Shown in pieces: positions 62,551 through 64,000 of a DNA stretch of 64,000 nucleotides. The stretch is from Macrostomum lignano. Its lineage: Eukaryota. The notes under the pieces were generated by a model. That model ran no database searches, had not been told where the DNA came from, and worked only from the letters and a program-made list of their open reading frames with translations. Where the stretch lies: contig NIVC01002596.1 of assembly GCA_002269645.1 (NCBI GenBank), positions 94,885 through 158,884 of the forward strand, given 5' to 3'. Position numbers and translations under genes: made by a program. Within the stretch, counting starts at the first letter, position 1. Every line of letters starts with the position of its first letter.

Positions 62551-62922
62551 TCCAGGGTTTTTTTTGTGCGCAGAGTGTGCGTATGCACCCTAAATTTTAA
62601 AATTGCACCCTGAAATTAAAAAAGTAGGTGCGGTTTAGGTGCGGTCTGTAAGATATTATAATATATGAAAAGTATATAAAAATCATTTGATCTTTGATCA
62701 CATTAAATTTGGCCTTTTTAATCAATGATGAATGATGATAATTTTAATTGGGGCGCAACGTTGGGGCCTACTTCATAACTTTGGTCCCCTCGCTCCAGGC
62801 TCACATTGGGTCCTCTCGTTGCCGTCCAGCCTCGCCAGGTGACTCGACCAGGTGAACGACCAGAGTGACCTAGCCTATCCCCGTTCCTAGACTTATGAGC
62901 ATTTTCTTATGGCTCATATCAT

Positions 62923-64000
62923 TGTAACAAGTAGGATTTTGTGTCCATCCTGCCTGCACCTTCTGCTCACGTCGGACAACAAAGAATTGAACTCGAAGCA
63001 CAGTATTTCTGGGCCCAGGCTGCTGCGGCCTACAGCCCAGCCGAGGCAATGGCCATGCCTTTAGGCCCGCTGATGCGGGCGAGAGGAAAGTGAAGCGAGC
63101 GCCTCCACTACTGTCTCTCCTTTTATTTAAAACACAGCAGAACATGCGTGTGGGAACGTAAACTCTTATAGGCTACATAGAACAAAATGCAAATTACGCA
63201 GCAAGTTTTAGGTGCAGCCGTCCTTCGCAAATATGACTGCATTCTATGCAGCTCATATCCCTCCATGGTTGAAAAAACTTCGACACCTCAAAGTATAGTT
63301 GAAATTTGAAACGCGCTTGAATACACCAGCAATGAGCTATAGCAATGTCGGACTCCTCCAGCCGGGTCGCTACCATTCTTCAATTCGCGCTGCTCTAAGG
63401 GGGTCAACCTTGAAGTCCGCCACCTCGGAAACGAGCATGCAGTCCTCGTGAGCTATCTTAAGTAGCTTCACTGGCATGTCCCTTGCATGCACAGATCGTG
63501 CTCCGGTCTTCCTGCCGGATGCATCGCAAATTTCCCTCACAGTCTTCTTGCTGTGGGGAGGCGACTCTTGGCCTTTGGGCCGAAACACTGCTCCACTTTT
63601 GAGACGCATCGCCTCTCAGGGCAGGAAACTTGATCTGCATGCCAGTCGCCGAGACAGTGACGCTGGGGCTGACTCTCTTCTTGTCGATCCATCCGAACGG
63701 CTGTTGAACACGCGTCAGTTGGGGCGGCGGCTGCACCGTGGTGGCAGTTGAACTGAACCACCGTTGCGACTTAATGCCGTCAAGCACGCCAACGACGCAA
63801 GATGTCTCCTCTGGTCGCCGCGATCTCGATCTGCTGATGTTGTGCTGTCCTTCAACCGGCTTCTATTCAACCCTCTGTTATCCTTCGTGACAGGAACTTC
63901 GTCTAGCAGACTCACGCGGTCAGGGAACCATTTAACAGGTAGGATTTTGTGTCCATCCTGCCTGCACCTTCTGCTCACGTCGACAACAAAAGAATTGAAC
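62923..64000 (-). mobile_element. Small non-autonomous LTR element (TRIM-like or internally deleted), tRNA-Glu PBS; 5' LTR truncated by window edge
   Basis: 62923-~62992 is repeated at 63931-64000 (offset ~1008). PBS TGGTTCCCTGACCG at 63917-63930 is the 14-nt complement of the tRNA-Glu 3' end. PPT-like GGAGGGATA then TGAGC at 63255, giving a ~333-bp 3' LTR and a ~675-bp interior with no recognisable domain. Confidence 0.75.

Larger units (their letters stand above)
59633..62916 (-). mobile_element. Decayed and rearranged Ty3/Gypsy-type LTR element: partial LTR 62916-62754, env-like remnant, integrase tail, PPT, LTR 60487-~59633
   Basis: A ~165-bp direct repeat (60325-60491 vs 62754-62920). 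PPT AAGGGGCGGATA precedes TGAGCC at 60487. TATAAATATAAGTG at 59830-59843 is the same box as in the 1560-2477 LTR. Putative end ATAACA at 59633. Foreign DNA (CAGGGTTTTTT..) at ~62553-62753. Confidence 0.7.

Overview
Repeat-rich animal (metazoan) genomic DNA. GC-rich exons, short-core introns inflated by minisatellites and abundant LTR elements resemble the flatworm Macrostomum lignano (inference, not verified). Host genes reconstructed by hand from splice sites and reading phase: last exon of a DDX3/PL10 helicase (+), an 11-exon NCKX/SLC24 exchanger (+, 12.0-23.1 kb), a 9-exon 7-cadherin-repeat protocadherin (-, 24.7-35.2 kb), a GKAP-domain DLGAP5-like gene (-), an uncharacterised coiled-coil gene with coding repeats (+), and the first exon of glycogen synthase (+). 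Mobile DNA: an intact 4.3-kb Ty3/Gypsy with identical LTRs and a TSD; the 5' LTR and gag of a second LTR element inside the DDX3 intron; at the right end a decayed LTR element whose env-like glycoprotein remnant lies upstream of an integrase tail; a small tRNA-Glu-primed non-autonomous LTR element; several MITEs; a Merlin/ISXO2 transposase fragment; and a 28S rRNA fragment bracketed by inverted repeats. About 20 different tandem arrays are present and explain most long ORFs in the track. No CRISPR or bacterial system was seen. The best leads are the env-like remnant, the intron-specific minisatellite filling (including splice-signal-mimicking arrays) and the 28S cassette. All coordinates were read by eye; no searches were run.
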